Assembly: GCA_018062285.1 (NCBI GenBank)
Contig: JAGOSO010000004.1
Coordinates: 3,491 to 67,490 of the forward strand
Reading direction: 5' to 3'
DNA length: 64,000 nucleotides
Source of the DNA: Minisyncoccota bacterium
GTDB taxonomy: Bacteria; Patescibacteriota; Minisyncoccia; 2-02-FULL-40-12; GWA2-44-9
Part shown: one piece after another, positions 63,584 through 64,000 of the stretch
Layout: each line of letters begins with the position of its first letter
How positions within the stretch are numbered: position 1 is the first letter of the stretch
Made by a program: the position numbers and the translations under genes
The notes under the pieces: generated by a model
Databases searched by the model: none
What the model was told of the DNA's origin: nothing
The model's input: only the letters and a program-made list of their open reading frames with translations

Positions 63584-64000
63584 ATGATAAAAATATTAAT
63601 TTTGGGTGGAGGATTTGGTGGTATAAGGTGCGCTCTTGATTGTGCTAAAAAATTTAAAGGAGAAGCTTCTATAACCATAATTGATCGTAACTCGTATCAC
63701 ACTTTTACTCCTGCATTATACGAAATTGCATCAGCAAACCAGCCGACCGACGATCCTTTTGCTTTAAAATTGAGAAAGGCCGTCTCAATTCCTTATCAAG
63801 ATATTTTTGAAAATAAAAATATCAATTATATTCAAGCTGAAATTGCTTCTGTAAACGTCGAATCATCAGAGGTTGCTTTGATTGGCGGGAAGGTTTTGAA
63901 TTATGACTATTTGGTGGTATCTCTTGGTTCTCAAGCATATGATTTTGGCATTCCAGGTGTTGTCGAATATGCTTATCCATTCAAGACTGTGAATGATGCT
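63584..64000 (+). CDS. FAD-dependent pyridine nucleotide-disulfide oxidoreductase (NDH-2-like); 3'-partial
   Basis: MIKILILGGGFGGIRCALD... Rossmann GxGxxG motif at the N-terminus. Confidence 0.6.
   Translation, partial: MIKILILGGGFGGIRCALDCAKKFKGEASITIIDRNSYHTFTPALYEIASANQPTDDPFALKLRKAVSIPYQDIFENKNINYIQAEIASVNVESSEVALIGGKVLNYDYLVVSLGSQAYDFGIPGVVEYAYPFKTVNDA

Noticed and set aside
1-64000. rRNA genes, an integron (attC/IntI), a retron or DGR (reverse transcriptase), prophage structural modules
   Set aside because: No RT, integrase, capsid or terminase genes are present, and there are no 16S/23S signatures. Only the single tail-fibre-like gene at the window edge hints at phage.

Overview
The window reads as a stretch of a small, AT-leaning (about 40% GC) bacterial chromosome whose gene content is Patescibacteria/CPR-like; that placement is inference from gene content only. 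Housekeeping genes include rplJ-rplL, rplU, the division cluster mraZ-rsmH-ftsL-ftsI followed by a Mur ligase, hrcA-grpE-dnaK and dnaJ with a perfect CIRCE operator, recR, dnaB, a priA-like gene, cysS, gltX, efp, fmt, def, mltG, an Nramp transporter, a Zn/Mn ABC transporter, an MFS transporter, an M23 peptidase, and tRNA-Val(CAC), tRNA-Glu(CTC), tRNA-His(GTG). Interleaved with these are many visibly GC-richer (about 55-60%) ORFs that look like self-contained cassettes, each with a near-consensus TTGACA-N17-TATAAT promoter and its own hairpin terminator. Their products include a PP2C phosphatase, secreted hypothetical proteins, a beta-barrel OMP-like protein and a TPM-domain protein. The window opens inside a tail-fibre-like repeat protein of more than 1347 aa that carries a peptidase-S74-like chaperone domain. 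The most unusual locus lies at about 24.9-28.1 kb: two tandem arrays of roughly 290-nt modular hairpin units, with conserved stems, compensatory stem substitutions and hypervariable loop segments, flank a GC-rich gene for a divergent IS110-family-like protein. I interpret this as either a novel RNA-guided (bridge-RNA-like) system carrying a guide array, or an IS110-type element associated with a structured ncRNA/repeat array. Other notable points are a GIY-YIG mini-ORF sitting inside a palindromic element that also occurs once in empty form, a frameshifted four-helix-bundle gene flanked by inverted repeats, a PriA homolog with degenerate ATPase motifs, and a promoter-rich 850-nt noncoding region upstream of tRNA-His. 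The ORF-track coordinates disagreed by 1 nt with my hand count in a few places (22800-22920). CDS coordinates therefore follow the ORF track, while non-CDS features, which were hand-counted, are good to about +/-2 nt.
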